A stretch of DNA of 64,000 bases from Tagaea sp. (GCA_965279525.1 CBDIIB010000002.1:160001-224000), one strand, 5' to 3'; counted from the stretch's first letter, positions 1 to 10,691 are shown. Made by a program: numbers and translations. The notes: generated from the letters alone by a model not told the origin.

Positions 1-215
1 CACTGGTGGCGCTGATCAAGCCGCAGTTCGAGGTGGGGCCGGCGCGGGTGGGCAAGGGTGGCGTGGTGCGCGATCCGGCCCTGCACGACGAGGTATGCGC
101 GCGGATCGCGCAATGGCTGCCGACGCAGGGATGGACCGTGCTGGGGATCGATCCGAGCCCGCTCCTCGGGCCCGAGGGCAACCGCGAGTTCCTCGTCGCC
201 GCCCGGAAGCTCTAG
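1..215 (+). CDS. tlyA: TlyA-family rRNA methyltransferase/hemolysin, 3' end only (truncated by window)
   Basis: LIKPQFE..GKGGVVRD..SPLLGPEGNREFL is the characteristic TlyA C-terminus; ends TAG at 213-215. Confidence 0.85.
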   Translation, partial: LVALIKPQFEVGPARVGKGGVVRDPALHDEVCARIAQWLPTQGWTVLGIDPSPLLGPEGNREFLVAARKL

Positions 216-1462
216 GCGAGCACGCCGACGAGTGCGCCCATGATGCAGGTCGCAAGCGTGCCCGCGACCAGCGATTTGAGGCCGAGCGCCACGATCTCGC
301 CGCGCCGTTCCGGCGCCATCGTCGAAAGCCCGCCGATCATGATGCCGAGCGAGCCGAAATTGGCGAAGCCGCACATCGCGTAGAGCATGATCAGGCGCGA
401 GCGTTCCGAAAGCGCCCCCTGGGGCAAGCCGGCAAGCTGGATATAGCCGATGAACTCGTTGAGCACGGTCTTGGCGCCCATCAAGGCGCCCGCCGTCGGC
501 GCTTCGTCCCACGGGATGCCCATCAGCCAGCAGACCGGCGCCATGATCCAGCCGAGCGTGCGCTCGAGGGTCAGGGGTGCGCCGAACACCGTCGGCAGCA
601 GGCCAAGGGCCGAATTTGCGAGTGCCACGAGGGCGATCAGCACGATCAGCAGCGCCACGATGTTGAAAAGCAGTTCGAGGCCCGAGACCGTGCCCTTGAC
701 GATCGCGTCCATCGTGCTTTGCGCGACCGGCTCGAGCGGACCGAGTTCGCCCTGCGTGCGGGCATCGGCCGCGTCGGGCACCATGATGCGGCCGACGAGG
801 ATCGTGACCGGGGCCGACAGCAGCGAGGCGATCAGGATGTGGCCGAACGCGTCAGGCACCGCGCGGGCGACGACGCTGGCGTAGAGCACCATCATCGTGC
901 CGGCGATCGAGGCCATGCCGCCGACCATGACGATGAAGAGTTCGCCGCGCGTGAGCCGCATCAGATAGGGCCGTATGAAGAGCGGTGCCTCGACCATGCC
1001 GACGAAAACGTTGGCAGCCGTCGAAAGTCCGACGGCACCGCCGACGCCCATCGTGCGCGCGAGGACCGCCGAAATGACGCGCACGACTGCGGGCAGGATG
1101 CCCCAGTGGAACAGCAGCGTGGTGAGGGCGCTCATCACCAGCACCAGCGGAAGCGCCTGGAGCGCCAGTACGAAGGCGCCGCCGGGGCTGCGCTCCTCGA
1201 AGGGCAGGGCGCCGCCGCCCAGATAGCCGAACACGAAGGACGTGCCCGCGCGCGTGGCGTCGGCGATCGCCTGGACGGGCAAGTTGAGCAGGCCGAACGC
1301 CTCGGCGACATAGGGGACCTTGAGGAAGAGCACCGCACAGCCGAAGCTTGCGGCGAGTCCCGCGAGCGTCTGGCGCCATGAAACGAGGCGCCGGTTTTCC
1401 GACAGGATCCATGCGATCGCCAGCAGGCCGAAGAGTCCGGCGAGAGCCTGCAGGCGATCCAT
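212..1462 (-). CDS. Concentrative nucleoside transporter (NupC/CNT family)
   Basis: LSENRR N-terminus, FVFGYL, NVFVGMVEAPL, KTVLNEFIGY, CGFANFGSLGI motifs; multi-TM. Confidence 0.9.
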   Translation of the reverse strand: MDRLQALAGLFGLLAIAWILSENRRLVSWRQTLAGLAASFGCAVLFLKVPYVAEAFGLLNLPVQAIADATRAGTSFVFGYLGGGALPFEERSPGGAFVLALQALPLVLVMSALTTLLFHWGILPAVVRVISAVLARTMGVGGAVGLSTAANVFVGMVEAPLFIRPYLMRLTRGELFIVMVGGMASIAGTMMVLYASVVARAVPDAFGHILIASLLSAPVTILVGRIMVPDAADARTQGELGPLEPVAQSTMDAIVKGTVSGLELLFNIVALLIVLIALVALANSALGLLPTVFGAPLTLERTLGWIMAPVCWLMGIPWDEAPTAGALMGAKTVLNEFIGYIQLAGLPQGALSERSRLIMLYAMCGFANFGSLGIMIGGLSTMAPERRGEIVALGLKSLVAGTLATCIMGALVGVLA

Positions 1463-1933
1463 TCAGGACGCTTTCGGCCAGTGCCGGCGCAAGGCGGCGA
1501 AGATCGTCTTCGTATCCGTGTCGAGGACCGAGCCGATGATGCTGAAGGCTGGGCGTTGTCCGGCGCGCCGGACGATCGGATCGCCCAGCCAGCGCGCACC
1601 AAGCTTCATCCGCGCGTAAATCTCGATGTCGACGACGATGTCGACGCGCCCGCCACCCAGCGACCGCAGGCCCGTCGTCGTCGCGATCTCCACGATCCGG
1701 TCCCACGGAACTGTTTCGTCGATCACGCCGGGTATCGTCAGGCCGGCGCGTTCGACGACCAGCTTCGGGCTGTCGTCGCGGAACTGCTGGCCTGCCTGCA
1801 CGCCATAGATGGCGACGAGCAGCAGCAGGAAAAGCGGTCCGAGAAGGTCCTCGCCCGCCTGCCACGCCGTCCAGGTCGAGGCGACGGCAAGGCCGAAGCC
1901 GAGCGAGCCGAAAAGCAGGTTGAGGCCGGCCAT
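1463..1933 (-). CDS. Small membrane protein, two TM helices followed by a PH-like soluble region (alternative GTG start at 2041)
   Basis: Only the 3' part of ORF 1463..2788 looks protein-like (two hydrophobic helices, then VPWDRI); abuts the nucleoside transporter start. Confidence 0.6.
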   Translation of the reverse strand: MAGLNLLFGSLGFGLAVASTWTAWQAGEDLLGPLFLLLLVAIYGVQAGQQFRDDSPKLVVERAGLTIPGVIDETVPWDRIVEIATTTGLRSLGGGRVDIVVDIEIYARMKLGARWLGDPIVRRAGQRPAFSIIGSVLDTDTKTIFAALRRHWPKAS

Positions 1934-2049
1934 CCGCCGGCTCCGGCGCACGATCAGGAGGGGCAGGTCGGCATTCCCGAGGGCCGCACCGGCGAGTGCG
2001 GCGGCATCGCGCGGATCGACCGGGGGACGTGTACCGACCACCGCCGGCG

Positions 2050-3120
2050 TCAGCCGCACTGCGCGCGGTGGCGCAGCATGTGGTCGGCCAGCACGCAGGC
2101 CATCATCGCCTCGCCGACGGGGACGGCCCGCAGGCCCACGCAGGGGTCGTGACGGCCTTTCGTCACGATCTCGGTATCGGCGCCTTCGATGTCGATCGTG
2201 CGGCGGGCCGAAAGGATCGAGCTGGTCGGCTTGACCGCGAAACGCACGACGACGGGCTGGCCCGAGGAAATCCCGCCGAGGATGCCGCCGGCATGGTTCG
2301 ACAGGAAAATCGGGCCGTCGTTGCCGCTGCGCATCTCGTCGGCATTCTCTTCGCCGGTCAGTTCGGCGGCAGCGAATCCGTCGCCGATTTCCACGCCCTT
2401 GACCGCGTTGATGCCCATCATCGCCGCGGCAAGATCGGAATCGAGCTTGCCGTAGACCGGTGCGCCCCAGCCCGCAGGCACGCCTTCGGCGACGATCTCG
2501 ACGACCGCTCCGATCGACGAGCCGGACTTGCGCGTGGCATCGAGCAGGACTTCCCATTCGCCGGCCGCGACCGGGTCGGGACACCAGAACGGGTTCTGCG
2601 GAACTTGAGCCCAGTCCCAGCGCTGGCGGTCGATCTTCCGCGCGCCGATCTGCACGACGGCACCGCGGATGTTGACGCCGGCACCCAGGATCTTGCGCGC
2701 GATGGCACCGGCCGCCACGCGGCTCGCCGTCTCGCGCGCCGACGAGCGCCCGCCGCCGCGATAGTCGCGGATGCCGTACTTGGCCCAATACGTGTAGTCC
2801 GCATGCCCGGGGCGGAAGGTCCGCGCGATCTCCGAATAGTCCTTCGAGCGCTGGTCCTCGTTGCGGATCATCAGCGAGACCGGCGTGCCGGTCGTCATGC
2901 CTTCGAAGGTTCCGGAAAGGATCTCGACACGGTCGGGTTCGCGGCGCTGGGTCACGAAACGCGACTGGCCGGGCTTGCGCTTGTCGAGATGCGTCTGGAT
3001 GTCGGCTTCGGCGAGGGGCAGGCGCGGCGGCACGCCGTCGACCACCACGCCGATGGCGGGTCCGTGGCTCTCCCCCCAGGTCGTGAAGCGGAAGAGCGAA
3101 CCGAAGGCGTTCGCGCTCAT
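2050..3120 (-). CDS. aroC: Chorismate synthase
   Basis: [35 protein letters not shown]; ATG at 3120 overlaps the fabI stop. Confidence 0.97.
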   Translation of the reverse strand: MSANAFGSLFRFTTWGESHGPAIGVVVDGVPPRLPLAEADIQTHLDKRKPGQSRFVTQRREPDRVEILSGTFEGMTTGTPVSLMIRNEDQRSKDYSEIARTFRPGHADYTYWAKYGIRDYRGGGRSSARETASRVAAGAIARKILGAGVNIRGAVVQIGARKIDRQRWDWAQVPQNPFWCPDPVAAGEWEVLLDATRKSGSSIGAVVEIVAEGVPAGWGAPVYGKLDSDLAAAMMGINAVKGVEIGDGFAAAELTGEENADEMRSGNDGPIFLSNHAGGILGGISSGQPVVVRFAVKPTSSILSARRTIDIEGADTEIVTKGRHDPCVGLRAVPVGEAMMACVLADHMLRHRAQCG

Positions 3121-3959
3121 CCGCCCTTGTTCTTGAAGCCGGCGAGCAGTTCGGCGATCTCGCCGGCCGACTCGGTCGCCATCATGCCGACCACGTGATA
3201 GCCGTTGTCGACATGCAGCGTCTCGCCGGTCACGCCGGCACCGAGATCCGACAGCAGATAAAGGCCTGAATTGCCGACCTCGTCGATCGTGACGGTGCGG
3301 CGCATCGGCGCGTTGAGTTCGTTCCATTTGAGGATGTAGCGGAAATCGCCGATGCCGGAGGCCGCCAGCGTCTTGATCGGGCCGGCGGAGATCGCGTTCA
3401 CCCGCACGTTCTTGGGGCCGAGATCGGCCGCGAGATAGCGCACCGACGCCTCGAGTGCCGCCTTGGCGATACCCATGACATTGTAATGTGGCGTCACGCG
3501 CTCGGCGCCGATGTAAGTGAGGGTCAGCAGCGAACCACCGTTCGACATCAACGGCAGGGCGCGCCGGCACACGTCGGTGAACGAGAAACACGAGATGTCC
3601 ATCGTGTTGAGGAAGTTCTCGCGCGTCGTGTCGACATAGTGACCCTTGAGCTGGTCCTTGTCGGAATAGGCGATCGCATGCACGACGAAATCGAGCGTGC
3701 CCCAGTCCTTCTTGATCTCGGCGAAGGCCGCGTCGAGCGAGGCGGCGTTCGTGACGTCGGCGGAGACGACCTTGGAAGCGCCGAGCTGCTCGGCCAACGG
3801 GCGCACCCTCTTTTCGAGCGCTTCGCCCTGATAGGTGAAAGCCAGTTCGGCACCCTGCGCGGCGACCGCCTTCGCGATGCCCCAGGCGATCGAGCGGTCG
3901 TTGGCGACGCCCATCACCAGTCCGCGTTTGCCGGCCATCAGACCATGCGATTGATTCAT
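3117..3959 (-). CDS. fabI: Enoyl-ACP reductase FabI
   Basis: [36 protein letters not shown]. Confidence 0.96.
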   Translation of the reverse strand: MNQSHGLMAGKRGLVMGVANDRSIAWGIAKAVAAQGAELAFTYQGEALEKRVRPLAEQLGASKVVSADVTNAASLDAAFAEIKKDWGTLDFVVHAIAYSDKDQLKGHYVDTTRENFLNTMDISCFSFTDVCRRALPLMSNGGSLLTLTYIGAERVTPHYNVMGIAKAALEASVRYLAADLGPKNVRVNAISAGPIKTLAASGIGDFRYILKWNELNAPMRRTVTIDEVGNSGLYLLSDLGAGVTGETLHVDNGYHVVGMMATESAGEIAELLAGFKNKGG

Positions 3960-4031
3960 CTTGGGAAAGTCCGTGTGTGCGTTCGCGAAATCGCGGGCAT
4001 CCTACACGAACCGTCCGGCCTTTCAACGACG

Positions 4032-4068
4032 AAGCCCCGCCCCCCGGCGGTGGCAGGGGGCGGGGCTT
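4032..4068 (-). terminator. GC-rich hairpin after the lipoprotein gene, probable intrinsic terminator
   Basis: AAGCCCCGCCCCC/GGGGGCGGGGCTT 13-bp inverted repeat; U-tract weak. Confidence 0.6.
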
Positions 4069-4094
4069 GCGACCGAAAACCCGTGTCAGGTGGC

Positions 4095-4562
4095 CTAATT
4101 GACGATTTTCCAGCTTCCGTCGGCCTGACGGCAGGCGGTCCCGTAGGCTTCCTCGGTCTTGCCGCCAACATTTACGGTCGAGCGATACTCCCGGCATGTG
4201 CTGCCGGACTGGTCGCGCCCCTCGCGGGTCGGCGTCACGGCGCCGGAATTGCCCGAGTCGGGGTTGCTCCAGGTGATCTGCTGTCCGATAGGGGCGGTCT
4301 CGGCGCGCTGTGTGGCGCGCTGGACCTGCGTCTGATCGGCTTTGTCGAGCGACTTGCCGACCTCGCGCCCGAGGAAGGCGCCAGCCAGCGTTCCGACCGC
4401 CGTGCCAACAAGCTGCCCGCTGCCGCCGCCAAACTGCGAGCCGATCACGGCGCCGCCGATGCCACCAAGCACGGTTCCGACCGTTTCCTTGCCGCCGCCA
4501 TCCTGGCAGGCGGCCAGCGCAAGCGCCAAGGCGCCGACGGACAAAATCTTGAGAGCGCGCAT
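4095..4562 (-). CDS. 17 kDa surface antigen-like lipoprotein (glycine zipper)
   Basis: Lipobox LAAC, glycine zipper [36 protein letters not shown]. Confidence 0.9.
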   Translation of the reverse strand: MRALKILSVGALALALAACQDGGGKETVGTVLGGIGGAVIGSQFGGGSGQLVGTAVGTLAGAFLGREVGKSLDKADQTQVQRATQRAETAPIGQQITWSNPDSGNSGAVTPTREGRDQSGSTCREYRSTVNVGGKTEEAYGTACRQADGSWKIVN

Positions 4563-4692
4563 CTTTTGAACTCCCTGCAAGCGATTCGCACGGTGCGGGC
4601 GAAAATCCGTCCGCCCGAGCACAACGTATGGCCGGCCGGCCTATTCCAATCCGCACTTGGACCGGACCTGCCCGCGGGTCTATCTAGGACAC

Positions 4693-5307
4693 ATGAACGA
4701 TGTCGCCAAGCCCGTGCCTGAACTCGATCCGGCGGTCGACCCTTTTGCCCGGTTCGGCGAGTGGCTGGCCGATGCCGGAAAGAGCGAACCCAACGATCCC
4801 AATGCGGTTGCACTGGCAAGCGTGGGCGCCGACGGCATGCCGTCGCTGCGCATGGTGCTTCTGAAGGGCTACGATCCGCGCGGCTTCGTCTTCTATACGA
4901 ACTTCGACAGCCGCAAGGGAACCGAACTGCGGGCACATCCCAAGGCTGCCCTGCTGTTCCACTGGAAGACCCTGCGCCGCCAGGTCCGGATCCAGGGACC
5001 TGTCGAGACGGTGAGCGATGCCGAAGCGGACGAGTATTTCGCCACGCGACCGCGTGGCAGCCAGATCGGCGCGTGGGCATCGATCCAGTCGCGTCCGCTA
5101 GCCGGTCGGTTCGAGCTTGAAAAACGGGTTGCCGAGTACGCAATCCGGTATGCGATCGGCGACGTGCCCCGGCCGCCGCACTGGTCCGGCTTTCGCATCG
5201 TGCCGCAGCACATCGAGTTCTGGCACGACCGGCCGTTCCGCCTCCACGAACGCATCGTCTACGAGCGGGCGGGGGCGGGCTGGTCGACAGCGCGCCTCTT
5301 CCCCTGA
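4693..5307 (+). CDS. pdxH: Pyridoxamine 5'-phosphate oxidase
   Basis: [38 protein letters not shown]. Confidence 0.96.
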   Translation: MNDVAKPVPELDPAVDPFARFGEWLADAGKSEPNDPNAVALASVGADGMPSLRMVLLKGYDPRGFVFYTNFDSRKGTELRAHPKAALLFHWKTLRRQVRIQGPVETVSDAEADEYFATRPRGSQIGAWASIQSRPLAGRFELEKRVAEYAIRYAIGDVPRPPHWSGFRIVPQHIEFWHDRPFRLHERIVYERAGAGWSTARLFP

Positions 5308-5317
5308 GGCGCTGACG

Positions 5318-6241
5318 ATGGCGAACGCGGAAATCCGGGTGGATGCCGAGACGCGTGCCACCCTCATGCGGCGGGCGACCTATGCGTCGGTCGTCGTGGC
5401 GACGGTCCTGATCGTCGCGAAGGCCATCGCATGGGTGCTGACGGATTCGGTCTCGGTACTGTCGAGCCTGCTCGATTCGCTGCTCGATGTCGCCGCCTCG
5501 CTCGTCAATCTCGTCGCGGTGCGCCATGCCCTCACGCCCGCCGACGAGGAGCACCGTTTCGGGCACGGCAAGGCCGAGGCCGTCGCCGGCCTCGTCCAGT
5601 CGGCCTTCATCGCGGGCTCAGCACTCCTGCTGTTCTCCGAAGCCGTCCATCGTCTGTGGATGCCGGTTCCAGTCGAGAACGGGGCGATCGGCATCGGCGT
5701 CATGGCGCTGTCGATGGCGCTGACCTTCATTCTGGTGCAGTACCAGAAACACGTCGTTCGCCGCACGGGCTCGGTCGCGGTCGGCGCCGACCGGCTCCAC
5801 TACATGTCCGATTTCATGCTGAATGGCGGCGTGGCGCTGTCGCTGGTCGCGTCGATCTGGCTCGACGCGCGGATCGTCGACCCGGTCTGCGGCCTCGCCA
5901 TCGGCGCCTGGATCCTGCACGGCGCCTGGAAAATCGGATGTTCCTCGCTCGACCACCTGATGGACCGGGAACTGCCGGACGATACGCGGGCCCGCATCGT
6001 GGCGATCGCGCGCGCCCACCCCGACATCAAGGACGTGCACGACCTGCGCACGCGCGCCAACGGGTCGAGCATCCATGTCCAGCTTCATCTCGAGATGGAC
6101 GGGGCGCTGACGCTCCTTCGCGCGCACGCTGCTGCCGACTCGGTCGAAGCGGCAATCGAAGCGGCGTTCCCCGGCGCCGACGTCATGGCGCATATGGACC
6201 CCGACGGCATCGTCGAGCATGCGCGCGTACCCGCCGCGTGA
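5318..6241 (+). CDS. fieF: Cation diffusion facilitator (FieF/YiiP-like)
   Basis: DSLLD, HRFGHGKAE, DRLHYMSD, HDLRTR metal-site motifs. Confidence 0.85.
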   Translation: MANAEIRVDAETRATLMRRATYASVVVATVLIVAKAIAWVLTDSVSVLSSLLDSLLDVAASLVNLVAVRHALTPADEEHRFGHGKAEAVAGLVQSAFIAGSALLLFSEAVHRLWMPVPVENGAIGIGVMALSMALTFILVQYQKHVVRRTGSVAVGADRLHYMSDFMLNGGVALSLVASIWLDARIVDPVCGLAIGAWILHGAWKIGCSSLDHLMDRELPDDTRARIVAIARAHPDIKDVHDLRTRANGSSIHVQLHLEMDGALTLLRAHAAADSVEAAIEAAFPGADVMAHMDPDGIVEHARVPAA

Positions 6242-7734
6242 TGCCGGAAGACCAGGCCGAAACGCTCGCGTTCCTGTCGGATCCGGCGACCTACGGCAAT
6301 CCGCCCGGCGGCGTGCGTCGGATCGACACGCATATCTCCGCCGTGTTCCTTGCCGGCGACCTGGCCTACAAGCTCAAGCGGGCCGTCGCCTTTCCCTATC
6401 TCGATTTTTCGACTGCCGCACGCCGGCGGGCCGCGTGCGAGGCCGAACTCGCGGTCAACCGGCGGACGGCACCCGACCTCTACCTTGAAACGCGACCGAT
6501 CGTGCGTCGGAAATCAGGGTTGGCGTTCGGTGACCCGGACGAGCCCGAGATCGACCGCGTCGTCGTCATGCGCCGCTTTCCCGACGACGGCCTGTGGGAC
6601 GCGCGCGCTGCCGCCGGCAGGATCGGGCCGGCGGACGTGCGCGAACTTGCCGACGCGATCGCGACCTTCCACGAGGCCGCCGAGCGCACGCCCGGACGCG
6701 GAGGCGTCGCCGATCTTGCCTGGACGGCGGCCGGCAATCACGCCGATCTGTCCGGGCTGTTTCCGGCGGCGGCGGTCGAAGCGCTCGACCGCGACACGCG
6801 CGCCGCGATCGCGCACGGCGCATCGCTCGTCCAGCACCGCGCGGCAGAAGGTGCGGTTCGCCGCTGCCATGGCGACCTGCATCTGCGGAACATTGCGACC
6901 GTCGGCGGCCGGCCGGTCCCGTTCGACGCGATCGAGTTCGACGACCGTATCTCCTGCATCGACACGCTCTTCGATCTTGCGTTCCTGATCGTCGACTGGC
7001 TGCGCGTCGGCCGCGCGGATTTCGCGTGCCAGACGCTGTCGCGGTATCTCGGCCGACGTCCCGACGAAGCGGGGCTGGCGCTCCTCCCGCTGTTCTTGAG
7101 CCTTCGGGCCGCGATCAAGGCCAAGACGCGCGCGGCTGCCGGAGCCGATGCCGAAGCGGCGGCCTGCTTCGCGATGGCCGACCGCTTCCTGCACCCGCCG
7201 GCACCGCGATTGGTTGCCGTCGGCGGACTTTCCGGCACCGGCAAGTCTGCTCTGGCGCAGGCACTTGCGCCCGCGATCGGGGCGTCCCCGGGTGCCGTCG
7301 TGTTGCGTTCGGATGTCGAGCGCAAGCGGCTCGCCGGGTTGCCGCCCGAAGCGCGGCTGCCGCGTTCGGCCTATACGAAGGCGGCCAGCCGGGACGTCTA
7401 TGCGAGCCTGCACGCGCGCGCCGGTGCCGCACTCGTCGCCGGCCATAGTGTGCTTCTTGACGCCGTCTATGCCGATGCCGAAGAGCGCGCCGATGCCGAG
7501 CGTGCGGCCGTCGCCGCGGGGGCGCCGTTCGACGGTATCTGGCTCGACTGCCCGGAAGAAGTGCGGCTCGCACGGGTTTCGCGGCGAATCGGCGATGCAT
7601 CCGACGCGGACGGCGATATTGTCCGCGAGCAGAGTTCGCGGTCGCGCGATGCGGCCGATTGGCACCGGATCGACGCAAGCCGCATGCCCGACGATACGTC
7701 AGATGCGGCGCGCGCATGGCTTTTGCGCCGTTGA
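6241..7734 (+). CDS. Bifunctional aminoglycoside-phosphotransferase-like / P-loop kinase (AAA_33) protein
   Basis: THIS..AYKLKR, CHGDLHLRNI, FDAIEF, then Walker A GLSGTGKS and RSDVERK. Confidence 0.88.
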   Translation: MPEDQAETLAFLSDPATYGNPPGGVRRIDTHISAVFLAGDLAYKLKRAVAFPYLDFSTAARRRAACEAELAVNRRTAPDLYLETRPIVRRKSGLAFGDPDEPEIDRVVVMRRFPDDGLWDARAAAGRIGPADVRELADAIATFHEAAERTPGRGGVADLAWTAAGNHADLSGLFPAAAVEALDRDTRAAIAHGASLVQHRAAEGAVRRCHGDLHLRNIATVGGRPVPFDAIEFDDRISCIDTLFDLAFLIVDWLRVGRADFACQTLSRYLGRRPDEAGLALLPLFLSLRAAIKAKTRAAAGADAEAAACFAMADRFLHPPAPRLVAVGGLSGTGKSALAQALAPAIGASPGAVVLRSDVERKRLAGLPPEARLPRSAYTKAASRDVYASLHARAGAALVAGHSVLLDAVYADAEERADAERAAVAAGAPFDGIWLDCPEEVRLARVSRRIGDASDADGDIVREQSSRSRDAADWHRIDASRMPDDTSDAARAWLLRR

Positions 7735-7744
7735 CCCAAGTCAA
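7731..7744. promoter_or_regulatory. FNR/FixK-type binding site
   Basis: TTGAC-CCAA-GTCAA palindrome (TTGAY-N4-RTCAA) about 100 bp upstream of the usp start. Confidence 0.65.
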
Positions 7745-7845
7745 AGACCGGCTTCGGCAATAGGCATAGAGTTTTTTCAGAAGTCGAATATCGTGGATGC
7801 GTGCAGCGGCAATTCCAGGCCGCGAGGAATCGAACGGAGGTCGCG

Positions 7846-8673
7846 ATGAGCTACAAGGTCATGCTTGCCCCGCTGGCGGGCGCTCCCTCGGATCTGCGCA
7901 CGCTTGCCGCCGCGACCGCCGTGGTGCGGAAGTTCGGCGGGCATGTCGAGGCGCTGCATGCGGCGGGCGATCCACGCGATTCGATCCCGTTCGTCGGGGA
8001 GGGTGCTTCCGGCGCGCTGGTCGAGCAGATCGTCACCGCAGCCGAAAAGGATCTGAAGCGGCGCAGCGAGACGGCACGCAGCCACTATCAGGAATAGGCG
8101 AAGTCCGCCGGTGTCGACAGCTCGCTCGTCGAGCCGGTCGGTTCGGAAGAGGATGCGATCGCCCGGCATGGCCGTTTCGCCGACCTCATCGTTCTGCCGC
8201 GTCCCGCCGACGAGGAGGCGATCGCCTCGACAGTGGCGTTCGAGACGGCACTGCTCGAGACCGGCCGCCCCGTGCTGATCGCCCCGCCCGCGGGCGAAAT
8301 CGATTTCAACAAGCCCGTCGCGTTTGCCTGGAACGGCAGCCGCGAGGCGGCCCGGGCGCTGGCCGCCGGCCTGCCTTTCCTGAAGGGTGCGCCGCGCGTC
8401 GTGTGCATCGTCGCCGGCAAGAACGTGGCCGAGAACGACACGAAGCCGCTCGAATCCTACATGGCGCGCCACGCCATCAAGATCGATCTCGCGCGGGCCG
8501 ACGTGCCGACGATCCAGGCCGGCCCGCATGTGCTCGCCGAAGCGCGTCGCGTGGGCTGCGGGCTGCTGGTCATGGGCGCCTACACGCACAGCCGGCTGCG
8601 CCAGCTCGTATTCGGCGGCGTGACCCGCTACATGCTGCAAAATGCCGATTTGCCGGTGCTGATGGCCCATTAG
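7846..8673 (+). pseudogene. Universal stress protein interrupted by an in-frame TAG at 8095-8097
   Basis: ORFs 7801..8097 and 8233..8673 are in the same frame; reading through gives HGRFADLIVL, ETGRPVL, AWNGSREAARA, LLVMGAYTHSRLRQLVFGGVT, PVLMAH. Confidence 0.8.
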
Positions 8674-8707
8674 GGCCGGTCGCGCATCGGCGCCCGGGGG
8701 GAGCGCC

Positions 8708-8989
8708 ATGCTGACATGGGTCGATTGTCTTTCGCTGTCGGAACTGACGGCCGACGAAATACGCGCCATCGCCAGGCACGAACACCTGTCGGAAATGGCG
8801 GCACTCGAGATGGGGAGTTGGCTCGTCGAACAGCCGGATGGCTGCCGCGTGCTCAAGCGCATGATCCTCGACGAACTCGAGAAGGCGACGGCACGAAACG
8901 ACCTGGTCGGTACCGCCCGACTCAAGCTCGTCATGCAGCATTTCAGCAACACGCATCCCGAGAATCCCGGCAAGCAGCCGGTCGCCTGA
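8708..8989 (+). CDS. Hypothetical protein (93 aa)
   Basis: GGAG SD, typical codon usage, EIRAIARHEHL motif; operon context. Confidence 0.75.
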   Translation: MLTWVDCLSLSELTADEIRAIARHEHLSEMAALEMGSWLVEQPDGCRVLKRMILDELEKATARNDLVGTARLKLVMQHFSNTHPENPGKQPVA

Positions 8990-9002
8990 AGGACACACAT
9001 CG

Positions 9003-9359
9003 ATGACGCTCAAGCACATCCGCCTCGAACTTGCCCGCACCAAGGACCATCCGGACGGCGATCCGCGCTGCGGCTACGAGTTCGCCGCACCCCTCGATGC
9101 GACCGGCCATTTCGACGCCGACGGCTGGAAGGCGGACAAGGCGCTGTGCAGCGTACGCCGCTTCTGGCACGGGGCGGAGGAGGAGCGGGGCCTGCTCGTG
9201 CATGCGCGCGGGCGCTGGGTTTTCTCCTATTCGGCCGGCGATGCCGACGACGAGCCGATCTTCAAGTTCGACCGCCATGCATTCGTGCCTGGCGAGTATG
9301 TCACGATCACCGAGCATGATGGTGTCGCGCGTCCGTTCAAGGTGGTCTCGGTGCGCTAG
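9003..9359 (+). CDS. Conserved hypothetical protein (118 aa)
   Basis: AAGGA SD; IRLELAR..GYEFAAPLD..VRRFW..HAFVPGEYVTI resembles an alphaproteobacterial family I recall beside usp genes. Confidence 0.8.
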   Translation: MTLKHIRLELARTKDHPDGDPRCGYEFAAPLDATGHFDADGWKADKALCSVRRFWHGAEEERGLLVHARGRWVFSYSAGDADDEPIFKFDRHAFVPGEYVTITEHDGVARPFKVVSVR

Positions 9360-9394
9360 CGCCCGGCCGGTCGCGCGGCTAGACTTCGCCCGGC

Positions 9395-10132
9395 ATGCAG
9401 AGTTCAAGAACCCTCGTCCTCACCGGCGCCTCGAAGGGCATCGGCCACGCCACGGTCAAGCGCTTCGCCGAGCAGGGATGGCGTCTCATCACCTGTTCGC
9501 GGGAGGACATCCCGAAGGACTGCCGGGTCGATCCGAACTGGGCGCACCACGTGCCGTGCGACCTTTCGCTGCCTGCCGACCGCCAGCGCTTCATCGATGA
9601 TGTCAACGCGTTCATCGGCGACGGCCCGCTGCATGCGCTGGTCAACAACGCCGGCGTCAGCCCCAAGACCCCCTACAAGGAGCGCCTGGGCATCCTTCAT
9701 GGCGAGATCGAAGGGTGGCACCGGGTCTTCGAGCTCAACTTCTTCGCACCTCTCGAACTCGCGCGCGGCTTTGCCGGTGCGCTTGCGCGTGCGAAGGGCG
9801 CCATCGTCAACATCACGTCGATCGCCGGACATCGCGCGCATCCGTTTGCCGGTTCGGCCTATTCGACCTCGAAGGCGGCGCTCTCGGGCCTGACACGGGA
9901 GATGGCGGTCGAGTTCGCTCCGCTGGGCGTGCGCGTCAATGCTGTCGCACCCGGCGAGATCGCGACCGAAATGATCTCGTCGGACTACGAGCCGCTCATC
10001 ACGCGCATTCCGATGCACAGGATGGGGACGACGGCCGAAGTCGCGGCGGTGATCCACCGGCTGTGCGAACCCGATTTCGGCTACGTGACCGGCAGCGAGA
10101 TCTTCGTCACCGGCGGCCAGCAGCTCCTATAG
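9395..10132 (+). CDS. fixR: SDR oxidoreductase, FixR-like
   Basis: TGASKGIGHAT, LHALVNNAGVSPKTP, HPFAGSAYSTSKAAL closely recall Bradyrhizobium FixR. Confidence 0.75.
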   Translation: MQSSRTLVLTGASKGIGHATVKRFAEQGWRLITCSREDIPKDCRVDPNWAHHVPCDLSLPADRQRFIDDVNAFIGDGPLHALVNNAGVSPKTPYKERLGILHGEIEGWHRVFELNFFAPLELARGFAGALARAKGAIVNITSIAGHRAHPFAGSAYSTSKAALSGLTREMAVEFAPLGVRVNAVAPGEIATEMISSDYEPLITRIPMHRMGTTAEVAAVIHRLCEPDFGYVTGSEIFVTGGQQLL

Positions 10133-10681
10133 GGCGGCAAGCTTCGCCTTGTACCAGTCGCGCCAGCGCTCGGCCTCGGCGATGTCCTGGGCGAGCCAGT
10201 CGCCCAGCATGCCTTCGTAGCCGCGCGCCGCAAGATCGGCCAGCCGTGCCAGTTCGGTCTCGGACATCTCGACGAGCTGTTCGAGCTGGGCTGCCCGGTC
10301 TTCGGCGTCGAGCAGGTCGAGAAAACGCAGTTTGAGCGCCACGACCATCTTCGACAGGTCGGTCATCGGTGCGCGTACCGGGCTGCGCAGCAGGTCGAGC
10401 AGCGTCTCGCGCCCCTTCGCCGTCAGCGCCAGTTCGGTTTCCGCCGTCAGGCTCTGGCCGGGGCCGGCGCGCTTGCCGCGCGGCTCGATCATTCCCTCAT
10501 AGCGAAGCTGTTCGATCGACAGGCCGAGAACGTCGAGCGACGGCCCCATCAGGCGCGAGACGAAGCCGCGCACGGCGGCCGACAGCACGCCGAGACTCAT
10601 CTCGCCGCGCGCGAGTTCGCCCAGTGCCGTGAGGCGGACCGCCTCGGTCGGGATCAGGGACTGGTCGCGGAAGCGCGGCAT
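10127..10681 (-). CDS. Hypothetical protein, possible PadR-like winged-helix regulator
   Basis: LRYEGMIE..LTAKGRETL wHTH-like segment followed by a helical C-terminus. Confidence 0.6.
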   Translation of the reverse strand: MPRFRDQSLIPTEAVRLTALGELARGEMSLGVLSAAVRGFVSRLMGPSLDVLGLSIEQLRYEGMIEPRGKRAGPGQSLTAETELALTAKGRETLLDLLRSPVRAPMTDLSKMVVALKLRFLDLLDAEDRAAQLEQLVEMSETELARLADLAARGYEGMLGDWLAQDIAEAERWRDWYKAKLAAL

Positions 10682-10691
10682 CGCATGGACC

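Noticed and set aside
2050-4656. Apparent long N-terminal extensions or fusions in the ORF track (868-aa aroC ORF; likewise glcE, hmuT, hmuV, chrA, tonB)
   Set aside because: The upstream parts are off-frame readings of neighbouring genes; true starts are internal and mostly coupled to the upstream stop
8095-8097. Pyrrolysine or alternative genetic code at the usp TAG
   Set aside because: TAG terminates several conserved genes in the window and no pyl genes are visible
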